Made by a program: the position numbers and the translations under genes | In this document: positions 50,324 to 63,436 of the stretch, piece after piece | Position numbering within the stretch: position 1 is the stretch's first letter | Layout of the letters: each line of letters begins with the position of its first letter | The notes under the pieces: model-generated | Told to the model about the DNA's origin: nothing | The model's input: only the letters and a program-made list of their open reading frames with translations | The model's database searches: none | Source of the DNA: Haliotis rubra | Taxonomy: Eukaryota | Reading direction: 5' to 3' | NCBI RefSeq assembly: GCF_003918875.1 | Contig: NW_025767002.1 | Location: 372,001 to 436,000, forward strand | Length of the DNA stretch: 64,000 nt

Positions 50324-50898
50324 AGTTCCACGATACGGTTCCCAAACACGTCACGATAAAACCAAGACCTATTCGTCCCCAGCCTCCATTCCAATGGGAC
50401 TGTTGTCAAGAGGACCAACAACAAGTCAAGGAGCACGAGCTCCGTGTGCAGCTGACGGCTGTCCTGGCCGAGGTGGACACTCTCCGGGCTGACCTACGAG
50501 ATGCTCGACTCCGTTCAAGATGTCTGAAAATGGAGAACCAACATTTCAAGACACAAATCAGACAACTGTTCGATGAGAAAGTGTCCCTCAGGGAGCAGGT
50601 GGACCGCTTGTTGAAGGAGGTGGACATGTTGAGAGCTGAACGACTGTGTGCACTTTCTGGAGCTGGAGAGGGTGTTGGACTTGTTCAGAGGTCAGGGGTT
50701 TCACAGACCTCGTGCTTTGACCACATTGTGTCTCCTAAACAAGACAATACGTCAACAAGACATCGTGAACTCCTTCAAAGCGATCTCTCATTCTGTACAG
50801 CCAGTGTGATCGAAAATTTTAATCAGAAACAAAATGTACAAAAGTCAAAATCATTCTTTCGTCGTTTTACCAAATTGTTTAGAAGAAACAAATCCTAA
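50324..50898 (+). CDS. family copy I exon 3
   Basis: 575 nt. The spliced CDS is 792 nt, 263 aa, ending KSFFRRFTKLFRRNKS. Confidence 0.8.
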
Positions 50899-51011
50899 TG
50901 TAAATTCAATCCTGTTTTAATCAAAATAACAAATGTTTAAACTGAAATAATGTCTTCGTTATATTTTACACATGAATTGTAACGATAAATATGTAGATAT
51001 ATCTACCGTAT

Positions 51012-51380
51012 GAGTGAGCAAGTGAGTTTTGTTTTACGCCGTAATACTCCAGCAATATCACGGCGGGGGACACCAGAAATGGACTTCACAATGTACCCAT
51101 GTAAGTGAGTGCGTGAGTTTAGTTTTTCACCGCGCTCAGCAATATTCCAGCTATATGGCGGCGGTCTGTAAATAACCGAGCTTGGACCAGATAATCCAGT
51201 GATCAACAGCATGAGGATGTGTCGTGAACCGAGTCAGTGAGCCTGACCACCGGATCCGCCTCTTACGACAAGTATCTTTTACTGAAGATCATTTCTAGCC
51301 CGGATCTTCACGGGTTTGTATCCATGTGGGGAATCGAACCCGGGTTTTCAGCGTGACGAGCTAGGCACCCCACCGCCCCA
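51012..51380 (-). mobile_element. SINE family A interrupted by a family B insertion (51104-51316)
   Basis: TSD TGTACCCATGT/TGTATCCATGT. Confidence 0.8.
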
Positions 51381-51648
51381 TCTACCATATGAATCTACAG
51401 TCAGTGGATCACTGTAGAGTCTTGGGGGGGGGGCGGCGGTGGTGTAGCCTAGTGGTTAAAGCGTTGGCTTGTCACGCCGAAGACCCGGGTTCGATTCCCC
51501 ACATGAGTACATTGTGTGTCTTGTATATTGCTGGACCATTGCTAAAAACGGTGAAAAACATACTTACTCACTTACTCACTCTTGGGTAAGAAAGTGATTT
51601 GAACCTCTTTTTTCAGTACATGCATTATGTTTAGGGAGATATCGGGTA

Positions 51649-51968
51649 TGACCCGGAAGGTCTCGGGTTCGATCCCCGGCCGCGTCTTACCAAAAGACGT
51701 TAAAATATGGTACTTGTTGGTCCCTGTCTAGCGCTCGGCATTAATGGGTACATTAAGGACTGGTCGGCTCGGAGTCAGTATAATGTGTCTGAGTCGGGTA
51801 TTCATGCTTCACTGCGGCATGGTATCACAGTGGGCTAGCACTATAAAACCAGCTTCAGTCTGGGCTAGTACAAACAGCCGCACATACACATACACACAGG
51901 CATGCACGTCGTCATATGAGCGAAATATTCTCAAGCACGACGATAAACCCAATTTCACCACCACCACC
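51649..51968 (+). mobile_element. SINE family C, 5'-truncated
   Basis: TSD AGATATCRGGTA. Confidence 0.85.
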
Positions 51969-52597
51969 AGATATCAGGTATTATTAACACATCCAGTCAA
52001 ACCTGCGTGGAAGTGTTCTGAACAGTCTCTTTATCCGTGAATTCAGCGGCACACTAGTTAGTGACAGCACATGGCAACTACATTATTACATCCATTATGA
52101 TGACGATGAAAAGAACAGAAATTCGAACTATTTTGATTACAGACTTACACACTTCAGAAATAATTACACAAATCACAAAAAGACACAGGTGCATCGTAAT
52201 GACGTAAACGTGGGTTTTAATCATTATGATATTCCCATAGCTCTGTCGGTCTCTGTCCGTCTCAGTGTCTATACTGACTTGGATACCCGCTCCTGGAGGA
52301 CGCGCAACCGCTGAGTGCATGGTACCATCCAAAAGAAACTGTTGACGTAACTCTTCGTGAAGGTGGGTGGATGGCTTGATTGAGATAGAGAATAGTTTTA
52401 ACCCCATCAGTAATATTTCAGCCTTTACATGGGGGAGTGTGGATTGGGTTGGCGGGGGATATATGGGTAACGTGAATGGGTTTCACACATTGGTGGTGCA
52501 ACTGGAAAACGGTTCAAACGACGTCAAACCCGGTTCACTCACTCACTCTTACAACTGGATTAGTTTACGAAGCGTTAGCTGACTTGTTTTTGTTTTT

Positions 52598-53179
52598 CGT
52601 TTGTTTGTTGTTATACGCCGCTCTCAGCAATATTACAGCTGTATGGCGGTATGTAAATAATCTAGTCTGGACCAAACAATCCAGTGATCAACAGCATGAG
52701 CATCGATCTACGCAATTACCATAGAATAACACATGTCAACCAAGTCAGCGAGCCTGACCAGCCAGTCCCGTTATTCGCCTCTTACCACAAGCATGGTTAC
52801 TGCAGACCAATCCTAACCTGTGAGCCGACTTTTCATTAAGTGAGGTGAGTTGATATTGGGTTTAACGTCGTGCTTGAGAATATTTCGCTCATATGACGAC
52901 GTGCATGCGTGTGTATGTGTAAGTGCGCCTGCTTGTACTAACCCAGACTGAAGCTGGTTTTATAGAACCATGCCGCAGTGAAGCATGAATACCCCACTCA
53001 GACACATTATACTGACTCCGAGCCGACAAGTCCTTGTTGTATCCATTGATGCAGAGCGCCAGGCAGGGACCAACAAGTACCATATTTTAACGTCTTTTGG
53101 TATGACGCGGCCGGGTATCGAACCCGCGACCTTCCGCTCTCGGGGCGGACGCTCTAACCACTACACCCCGGAGGCGGTC
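52598..53179 (-). mobile_element. SINE family B (52598-52820) and family C (52840-53179)
   Basis: Consensus matches. Confidence 0.8.
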
Positions 53180-53681
53180 TTTCATTCAATACAGACTGGC
53201 TCTTCCACTTCAGTCGACTGCATGGGAATTAGTTGACTCATCACACCGAGAGTTGACACTCACTGAAGAGTCACGCACCCTGACTCTATTATTCTGGAAT
53301 CTGACTTTCAGCGAACTCCAAGTTTAAAGAGTAAAGTTTAACACGCGCACGAGACCTGTGATAAAATGAAGTTCAACCGGAGATAATAATTTGTGTTTAT
53401 TTGCCAGACACTATTTTTTATTCCACGTATTGCAATGTTATGGCCAAAGAGCAGTGAAACTAACATTCTACATGGGAATAGATCATGTAGATGGACTTGC
53501 ATATATTACATCAGCTAAGCGATTTCAAGTTTTAGTCCGAATGACATGTAGAGTTTGTTACCTGAAGTGTTCACCATCAAGCATATTCTGCTTCACTGTG
53601 CGGACTTTGCAACTGCAAGGGATTCACATTATGATGCGAGAAATCTGAAAGATCTATTTTCCCGTGAGCAGGCATCTCATT

Positions 53682-54252
53682 TAGGGGTGGGCGATAATAC
53701 CGGTTAACCGGTATATTGCAATTCGAACATCACAATACGATATATACATGTATTGCGGTACACTTTTCGCGAACCGTTTCTCCCGTTACGATCGGTAATT
53801 TTCGTCATGTAGTCAAAACTACTAATACCATTTATATTTCCTTGACATTATTATACATTAATAGTTTTGATGATGTTTAATTGGTCATATAATTGCATTT
53901 GCGTGACTTTTAAACCATTTAAATAAAAAAGTAGATTGGTGCCGGCATCGTTGTCAGGATAAACAAACCAAAATGGCGGATGCCGCTGCAGAGTGACTGA
54001 CGCTTTTACTCGAGTTCCAAACTTTAGAGCGAAGTCTTTAATTTGGAAACATTTTCAATTGATCTCTTGTACAATCACATCTGAGTCCTGCCAGTGGTCA
54101 GTGGCCAGTGGCATCGTTTCAAAAGAAAGGAAACAGTAATTTCATTACCTTAACCCATGTGTTACACTTTCACAATATATTGCAATACTTATCGCAATAC
54201 GCCAACTGTTTCACAATATATTGCAATACTTATCGCAATACGCCAACTGTTG
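53682..54252. mobile_element. partial hAT-like MITE with a 41-bp internal tandem repeat
   Basis: TAGGGGTGGGCGATA start and CAATAC-rich subterminal repeats. No right TIR found. Confidence 0.45.
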
Positions 54253-54802
54253 GCAATGCCTATTGTTAACGAACTGAGGGAAGTTGAACTGTTTCATAAA
54301 TTGTAACTATGTCATGTGAATGGCGAATTGCCTGCTTTTGAATTTGGTGCTACGACATTTTCTGTTTTTAAATAATAATGTAATGAATATATATGTTTTC
54401 AAAATAAAACTCATTTGGACTTTGTACTTAAACTTTTTCTGAATGCAGACTTGATCTCGTCACTATAGGGCTGGAATAATGCCGATGTGACGTGCAGCCC
54501 CACACAACAACTCATCCTATCGGTACGAGAAGGATCACATGTATGTGTAATGGTGGCATGTGGCCTTGTGCATAGAGCCAGGCACAAATCAACAAAAGTT
54601 GGATGTCACCCAGTGTCATAACCGGATCATAACCAAAATGGGGAAAAAGTAATGGAAACCCTTTTATATACAATTGATATTAAATACACTTATGATGTCT
54701 GCCATTCGGTATCTCTCCCTCTTCAAAAAAACGAGATGTTCATGTAATCGGTCATTTTCACATATTGGCTAAGTGTGCAATGATTAATACCTCCCCCTCC
54801 CA

Positions 54803-54843
54803 TTCTCTCTCTGTATCTCTCCCTCTCTGTACACACACACGCG

Positions 54844-54874
<31 letters not shown>

Positions 54875-54910
54875 GCACATACACGCGCGCGCACACACAC
54901 ACACACACAT
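54803..54910. repeat. compound (CT)/(CA)/(CG) microsatellite
   Basis: Directly visible. Confidence 0.95.
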
Positions 54911-55339
54911 ATAAACGCACAAAATGTCTAAAATAGTACAGGTGTACTGTCATAAAAAGATAGATAAATATAAACAGAATATTTATCGCATATTTAACAT
55001 AGTTGCTTAAATTAGAACATCTCTCGTCACCCATGCTTGAGAAACTTGGATGTGAAAAATCAAAATATCCACTTGGGAGGGGATTAAAAAAATACAATTT
55101 TCATGTAACCGGTCATTTTAACATAATGCCTTCATATGCGATGATTAATGTCGGTGCAAAAGCAGTGGAAATACTTTAATGGTAGCAAACGTACTTGGAC
55201 TTTATTGATTTGAGCACACAAAAAGAAAAAGTGGAAGAGCATTTGTTCGCCATTTTAGCGAAGGAATGCCCAAAAGAGAACTATTAATTAATACAACGAA
55301 ACAAAGTATGTTATTAACAGGTCTCCAGTGAAATTTGCA

Positions 55340-55485
55340 GGTGCCCCGCCCACCTTTCCACATGGCCGGAAGTTTTTCATTTCACGCGCATGCGCAAACA
55401 ACGAGGCTGGTCGACATAACAGGAAACAGTGAGTTGCATTGCCACTGTCAGCAGTGATGTGAATATTTCCGACTTCATAGTAAGT
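55340..55485 (+). promoter_or_regulatory. housekeeping-type promoter and probable non-coding first exon
   Basis: GC box CCCCGCCC at 55344, ETS CCGGAAGT at 55366, NRF1 GCGCATGCGC at 55386, and a GTAAGT donor at 55480. Confidence 0.6.
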
Positions 55486-56733
55486 TGCACTGTTGATTTT
55501 TATGCATTGGGTAGTATATCTGTCTTTGTGTAGATAATATCAGCACCGTGTGTCGTTTCTTGTTACTTTTTTGAGTCGATTAAAAACCAGAGTTATCGCT
55601 ATTAGCTGAACATTTCAGAGTTCAGATTTGACAGAGTTTAACAATATGAGAGTGAGTCCGAGTGACAGCATCGGAATGGACTATTTCTATGAGCCGGATC
55701 CAGATGTTAGCTGTAGCGTATACATCGATTAGCAGGACAATGAATAAACAAGTTTGAATTAAAACCGATATTCAATCTTCACTTATTTGACGTTATACTG
55801 GCAGTGAAATTCGATTCGAAATGAAACTGGGTTTATGATTAAACTGTGTGATTACCACTGAACTTTCGTCGTGTTAAATAAATAAGATATGTTTCTCTAA
55901 TTTCTGTACAGGACTTACGTTAGAGTATAATTATGAAATTCCTCATGTTTATATTGATAACATAAATAGTATACATTTCCTAAAAGATTAAGGGATTTTG
56001 ATATATCTTACGTTTTTTGATAAATCATCAAGGCTACTGTTATCAAATTCCTCTTCTCACAAAAATCTCTATCTCTCCACTGAAGATCGGAAAGTTATGG
56101 AAAAGATGATACCATAAAAATTTTGCATGATTCACTCATTTTGAGCTGTCAAGACACAAATGTCTTTTCTACATGCCCAATGCCATATGTTTGTCTGTGA
56201 TGTCAGTGGGGTTTTTTTTTGGATGAAAACCAATAAAAAACCCAACAGCAATCACACGTCTGTAAATGGTAACGTTATCAGAGAATTTGGAGAAACTTAC
56301 TTGTCAGATACCTTACTTGTTGGATGTCCTTAAATGCTTATAGAATTTAAGTTGTGTTATCTGCATGCTTATGACTGAAGTCATTTTGAAATCTCATAAA
56401 CCCAGCTCAATACCTTGCTTCGATGAAATGGAGCATAATATGCTATTGTAAACTCTTCAGATTTACACTTGCCTCCTTGGGGTTAAAAGCAATTTTTAAC
56501 ATGATAAAAAAACAAACATGAACCAGTCTTAAATTGTGTAAAGCCTTTGTTTAAGTGCTGTCAAACTGCAATGAAGTATGGATCACCTTGACAACCATGG
56601 CATTTTATGATGATGAATTGCTATATATTTTTATCCTGTTGATTGTCAGAATATTTCAATCCCTCTACATTACTCAACCTGTCGGCTGGTTATTACAAAG
56701 TGTGCTTTTGATTCATATTAGTGTGATATTTTA

Positions 56734-57270
56734 GGATCGGGTGGTCAGGGTTGTTGATTTGGTTGACACATGTCATGGTATCCCAATTGCGTAGATTGAT
56801 GCTCATGCTGTTGATCACTGGGTTGTCCAGTCCAGACTTGATTATTTACAGAACGTCCCCATAAAGCTGGAATATTGCTGAATGTGGCATAAAACTAAAC
56901 TCAATCACTCACTCCCTGGATAAATAACAATTAAAAACACTGCATATTAAGATATTAATGAATATTCAATTCCAGTGGTCACGAATATCAAATTGAATTC
57001 ATGATGGGATACAATATGAGTCACCTTATATGTGAATGGATTGTAACAGTCCTAATGCTAGGTGAAGTAGTTAAGCAAGCTAAAAAGCATGTCTGTTCTG
57101 TAGTATCAGGGGTGGTGGGGTAGCCCAGTGGTTAAAGTGTTCACTCGTCATGCCGAAGATCTGGGTTCAATTCTCCACATGGGTACATTGTGTGAAGCCC
57201 ATTTCTGGTGTCTCCCGGCTTGATATTGGAATATTGCTAAAAGCTATGTAAATCCAATTAACTCACTCAC
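56734..57270 (+). mobile_element. SINE family B fragment (56734-56913) and family A (57108-57270)
   Basis: Consensus matches. Confidence 0.75.
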
Positions 57271-57371
57271 TGTTGTAGCAATGGGTACAATTTGTGAAGC
57301 CCATGTTTAGTCAGTCAGTCACTGTTGTAGCAAGTGTAAAATAGACATACATCAGATTGCCACATCTACAG

Positions 57372-57727
57372 GTGAGGTGAGGTGAAATTGGGTTTAACGT
57401 CGTGCTTGAGAATATTTTGCTCATATGACGACGTGCATGCGTGTGTATGTGTATGTTCGGCTGCTTGTACTAGCCCAGACTGAAGCTGGTTTTATAGTGC
57501 TAGCCCACTGAGATACCATGCCGCAGTGAAGCATGAATACCCCACTCAGACACATTATACTGACTCCGAGCCGACAAGTCCTTGTTGTACCCATTAATGC
57601 CGAACGCCAGACAGGGACCAACAAGTACCATATTTTAACGTCTTTTGGTATGACGCGGTCAGGGATCGAACCCGCGACCTTCTGCTCTCCGGGCGGACGC
57701 TCTAACCACTACACCATGGAGGCGGTC
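57372..57727 (-). mobile_element. SINE family C, full length
   Basis: Reverse match to 6493-6853. Confidence 0.88.
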
Positions 57728-58297
57728 CCACTGCTACAGAGACCAATTGATGTGAGGGGCTTTTTATTGTAAAACTAAAAGTGTTAGGTTCAGAACAAAA
57801 CTAACAAAAAATGAGACATTGTCCAAGCTGTTGCCCCTGGACAAATTGAGACAGTGCATATTGCAGTAGCAAATAATGGAATGGAAGTTAAATCATGCAG
57901 ACTGAAATTATTTCTGTTGAGTTGCTAATTTTTTTATTAATATTGGGCATATTGATCAGCTGCAAATGACTACCTAATTTGCATGAGAAGAATCGTGTCA
58001 CAATCACCAATATCAATTTGAAACAGATGGTTTGATTTGCAGAAAGATACACATGCAGTATAAATGGTTGTTTGTCAGTTTTTATCTATCAGAGTTGAGG
58101 TGTGCAGCATAGGTGAGTAAAATCTCCCAGATTGTAATAGAAAACTTTATGTGAAAAAATGATCCTCTTTTCATGCTTATACTTATAACTTAAGCTGTGG
58201 GTTTGTAGACACAGATATAATTATATTGCAGTGATAACCAAAGACTTAGTTCTTTGTTGCATACAGCAATATTCCAGGTAAAGGGCAGTGTTCTGTA

Positions 58298-58830
58298 GTG
58301 AGGTGAAATTGGGTTTAACATCGTGCTTGAGAATATTTCGCTCATATGACGACGTGCATGCGTGTGTATGTGTATGTGCATCTGCTTGTACTAGCCCAGA
58401 CTGAAGCTGGTTTTATAGTGTTAGCCCACTGAGATACCATGCTGCAGTGAAGCATGAATACCCGACTCAGACACATTATACTGACTCCGAGCCGACCAGT
58501 CCTTGTTGTACCCATTAATGCCGAGCGCCAGACAGGGACCAACAAGTACTATATTTTAACGTCTTTTGGTATAACGCGGTTGGGGATCGAACCCGCGACC
58601 TTCCGCTCTCCGGGCGGACGCTCTAACAACTAAACCATGGAGGCGGTCTCTGTAAAGAACAACTATGAGTGGGTGGGTGGGGTTTTTATGCCGCTTTTTA
58701 GCAATATTCCAGCAATATCATGGCAGGGGAACACAAGAAATGGGCATCACACATTGTACCCATGTGGGGAATCAGACCCAGGATTTTGGCATGATAAACA
58801 AACGCTTTAACCACCAGGCTACCCATCGAC
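58298..58830 (-). mobile_element. SINE family C (58298-58648) and family A (58665-58830)
   Basis: Consensus matches; TSD TCTGTA for the C element. Confidence 0.82.
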
Positions 58831-59401
58831 CTCCAAAGGATAAAAGAAGAGGATAATTGTTTTGCATTATTGCATAGAAATGATTGTTAACAGAGATGGA
58901 ATTCAGTAAGAATTAAAACTATAAAATATCCGAATATTACATATGTTTAAACAAACTAAATAATTATCCCAGTTTTACAACTCTTGTTTAATTGCTTGTT
59001 CTAAAGATGGATTCAATTGTTCGAAAAATGCGCATGTTGATTACAAAACGGTAAAAGTAGGATGCCATATGTCATGAATATGATGGCTGTGAAACTTGTG
59101 TGTAATATTTCGTAGATGTAAAATGAGTAGACTACTTCATGTGTAAATTCTCTCCAACTACGGTAAACTACATTTATAGCAAGCATTCTTATGATCAACT
59201 GACAATTATAACAAAAAAAATTCCCTAGGCTCCGTGCTGCATATTTTAGTTGAAATGTGTAGAGTGAACTATAGTTATGAAAAACTAAAATTTGAGTCTG
59301 TTACTCAGTGTTACAACTATATTTTACTATGATGTCCGCTTCCATGTGTAATTTGTTTTGTAAAATGTAATAGTATTCTTATTATGGAAGTTAACACTCA
59401 G

Positions 59402-59669
59402 CAGGGCTCGATTTAGTGCTTTGTTAATTGCACTGGTGCAACCCAATATTACAAAGTGCAACCTAGTTATTAGTCTAACTTGAACCAGGTGCAAGTCAAT
59501 TTTTGAGTGGGTAAACTTCTGAATAAAACATGTAAATAATTCAATAGCATATTTCTTTCATTACATATTGCAATAAAAGCAGTGCAACTGGAATTTGGCT
59601 TGTGCAACTAGGTTTTATCTTAGGTTGCACCTGGTGCAAGTAGCTTAACATCTCTTAAATCGAGCCCTG
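59402..59669. mobile_element. hAT-like MITE
   Basis: TIR CAGGGCTCGATTTA/TAAATCGAGCCCTG, flanked by CTCAG, with internal GTGCAA repeats. Confidence 0.85.
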
Positions 59670-61603
59670 CTCAGTACCAGTTGCACATATAGATATGACA
59701 GAAGAAAGGTAAACTAAATCATGACATTTAAAATATTTCATACTCCATTCCTCAGCAAGTTTAAGAAGTACTCCGCATGAAAAACAGGACATATGATAGT
59801 GGATCATTTTTGTTAATATGAAATTACCAGCTAATGGAAGACATTGAAACATTGGTTTGGAAATTGTCAGACAAGTTGGAATTGGAGACAACTAATGGAC
59901 AAGTTTTCTACTTGTGACTTCTGATCAAATGCATTAGTGATTTAGTAAAATGAAATGAGTGGCAGAAGGCTGATTGTTCCCAACTACAACTTCTTCTATT
60001 ATGGATTCTTTGTATTTTGACCACATACTGTTTCTACATAAAAGTGGGGTAGCCTGCTGGTTGAAGCACTGGCTTGTGATGCTGAAGACCTGGGTTTCAA
60101 TCCCCACATGGGTACAATGAGTGAAGCCCCTTTCTGGTGTACCCCGTCGTGAGTTTGCTGGAATATTGCTTAGTTAAAGCAAGGTGAAACCTAATCACAC
60201 TATCTGCATATAAGAAAATGAGCAGGAGTCAAAAGTCATGCTTATGGTGAAATATTTGATTTTAAAAAAAATTCTTCTTAAATATCTCCAATATTGTAGC
60301 CGTGCATATTCATCACTTCATGGAGTGTTCTTGAAAGTCATCAGCCTCAGGAACACAACCACAACTTATAGCTTTTGAAACCTTCTAAGATTTATCCACT
60401 TTTCTTTGATTTGGATACAATGTTTATTAATGCAAACTTGTTCTCGTCACTATATGGCTGGAATAATGCCGATGTGACGAAAAACCCAACTCAACTCAAC
60501 TCATCTCTTTGATTTTGAATTGGAAGAACAAGGTTGTCAAGCAATGTCCTTTGTAGATTATTGTAATCATGTATCATAATGATAATAAGCAAACAATGCC
60601 AACAAGTTTATAGTGAGTATTCTCATAACTTGATTGTTAGCATATAGTGTGTGCTCGGAAGATAAGTGCTGTATTCATGTTAAGTGCAAATGTCTCCTAT
60701 TTGCTGATCATTATCTGTTGATCCTCATATTCATGATACTCACTGTCACTTGTCTACAGAATATTTGCTTACTCGTGTGCCACATCAGTGGAGGTGCTTG
60801 TTGAGGTTACGTGTAGCATGACTGATTTCGTTCAGATAGCATTGCTGGCATGAAACAGTAGATACTGCAACTCACTAGACCAAACAGATTGTTGTTTGCC
60901 CAGTCGTGAGAGCTGATCCACCACTAAATCCTACTTACATTTATTTTGGGCCTATTCATTTGAAAAAAAATTAAAGCCAATAAGATTAAAGCCCAATATA
61001 CTGCTCTTATTTGTCAGTAACCATGGTAATGTTATTTTGGTTTTGTTTCATTGAAAAGAGATTCCAGACCCCTTAATTGTTCTTCTATTTGTCAGTAACA
61101 ATGGTAACATCTTTTTCTTAATCAGCTTCATTGAAAAAAAGATTCAAGCCCTCTATCAATATTATACCTTTATTTGTCTGTAACCATGGTAACCTCAAAC
61201 TAAGAACTAAACTGTACCAACTATGCAACAGAAACTCTTAAGAACAATTGAGCAATTCGAACACTCATCCCCGATTTCAATCTTTGTTTGGTCGAAAACA
61301 TTGAGGCTACAAATTAAGTAGGCTATACATTTGTTTGAAAAGAACAATCCTGTCAATCACAGACTGATTGGAGATTGTCTGTGGTCCTATCCCCATTGGC
61401 ATGCAGGAATACAAATTTAGATGTTTGTTTTTTTGTGCTACAAAAAGACTTTTGTGTGTGCCTTTTGGAATTGAAGAGTGTCAGTACAAAGAATACAAGC
61501 TATATTAAAACTTGGGAATGTCATTTTGCCATGGCCTAGACAGATACAAAACAATAATTGTGGGGGGAATGGTGGGGCCTAGACAGATACAAAACAATAA
61601 TTG

Positions 61604-61775
61604 TGGGGTGGTGGGGGTAGCCTTGTGGTTAAAGCATCTCGTCACACCAAAGATCCGGGTTCGATTCCCTACATGGGTACAAATACTACAATGTGTAATG
61701 CCCCTTTTCTGATGTCCCCAGCCATTATATTGCTGGAATATTGCTAAAAGCGGCATAAAACTAAACTCACTCACT
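61604..61775 (+). mobile_element. SINE family A; further degenerate copies at 51430-51580, 60044-60200 and 62340-62422
   Basis: Consensus match. Confidence 0.75.
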
Positions 61776-63436
61776 AACTAAGCAATTGTAAATTAGACCA
61801 TACCTCTTCCTTTTCATGTAGATTGATAACACCTAATATTTTCTTCATGAACAAGTCAACGTCTGACATGTGTTCTGTTGTTCAAAAGAACATTGATCTC
61901 TTGCTAGATATACTGAACAATGGCATACGGAAGAAGTGTATCATTGATTGGACATATTTGTAAATATATCAACACAAACATACCATGATGTATCCATTAC
62001 TAATGAAATAGTTATTCTGTATGTGCATAATGTCCTGTTTAACCATGCAATTATGGACAGTTGCTCAGCCATTTCATGACATACTAGTATGTCATAAAGA
62101 CCCTGAAATAAATATATCCAATTACAAGGGATTAATGATACATAGGTACATGGGTGCATGATGAGTTTCCATAGTTACCGTTTTAAAATAAATGACTTGC
62201 TACTTTTTTAATGACCTCCAGCATTTTTGTTAGTTAGATATTGGAAAATGTGTTGTAATTAGAGTTTTGTGTTCATTACTAAAAATAAGTAGTAAAATGA
62301 CTGGCCTTGAACATGTTTTGTTGGCTTTCCTTTTGAGCCTGTGTGAAGCCCATTTCTTGTGTCCCCAGTCGTGATATTGCTGGAATATTGCTAAAAGCAG
62401 TGTAAAACCATACTCACTCACTCCTTTTGACTGAGGCTGCCCTGAAATAGTTATAGTAAAGTATGTATCGTATTGTCATAATATTATAACCTTGCTGTAT
62501 CGTTTTGTCCCTATCCAATGCACTCCATTAAAACTCAGGATTGCTGAAAATGAAGAATGTCTCTGGAATTTTTTTATTGCATTATAGTGAAGTTATTTAA
62601 GAGCTGTTTTCTTTGTAAAATATGTTCATTTCAGAAGCTTGATGTTGGTCTACATACTTACCTGTTTGTAAGCTGATATACGCTTTCAGGAAGAAACAGT
62701 TCCTGCTCTATGTCTACAGACTATATGGAATATGCAATACATGTTTGGGATTGGAATATGTGTAGTCTGTCATACAGACCCTGAAACAAATATATCCAAG
62801 AAAGCCCATGCAAGTCTAGAATCTGTTGCAAGTCTAGATAACCACAGTTTGAAAATGAAGAAAGTCTCTGGGCTCCTTTTCCATATATTGTATGATGATT
62901 ATTTATGAACCATTTTTTTCTGTAAAATATGTTCATTTCAGAGAGTTAATGTTAGTTTAGAATATGTGGAATAGAATAGAATGAAAAACTGCAGCAACTA
63001 GAACTTTAGCAGTCAGAAATGTCACTGGCCTTTCAAAGTTCACAGGATCTGTGTTTTGCATAAAGCGACTTGATGGGCGGGTACTGGCAGAATCTTTTAA
63101 GTGGAAAATTCCAGAATACTGGTTGCACATACTGGATCCCCTGAGTCATACTTTGTAATGGTTGATCTTGACAAGATATTGATGTTACGGAAATGTTCAG
63201 CAAGATACACACAGGGCGATCCCTTGTTGATGCTTAATGATAACCAAATATCTCTATGCATTAAACATCCTTGATATGAATTATGGTATATTTGTGTTTG
63301 ATTTCATCTCATGGTGTATGTGAGTGAATATGTCACTTTGGAATGATGTGTTGTGATTATCGTACACATGTTGAATTGCATAAATTGCATTGTATATTTG
63401 TGATTAGCATCTGTCCTTACCTTCCATCTCCTTAAA

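Noticed and set aside
57421-57772. Recurrent ORFs MLVPVWRSALMG... / MNTPLRHII...
   Set aside because: Translations of SINE family C.
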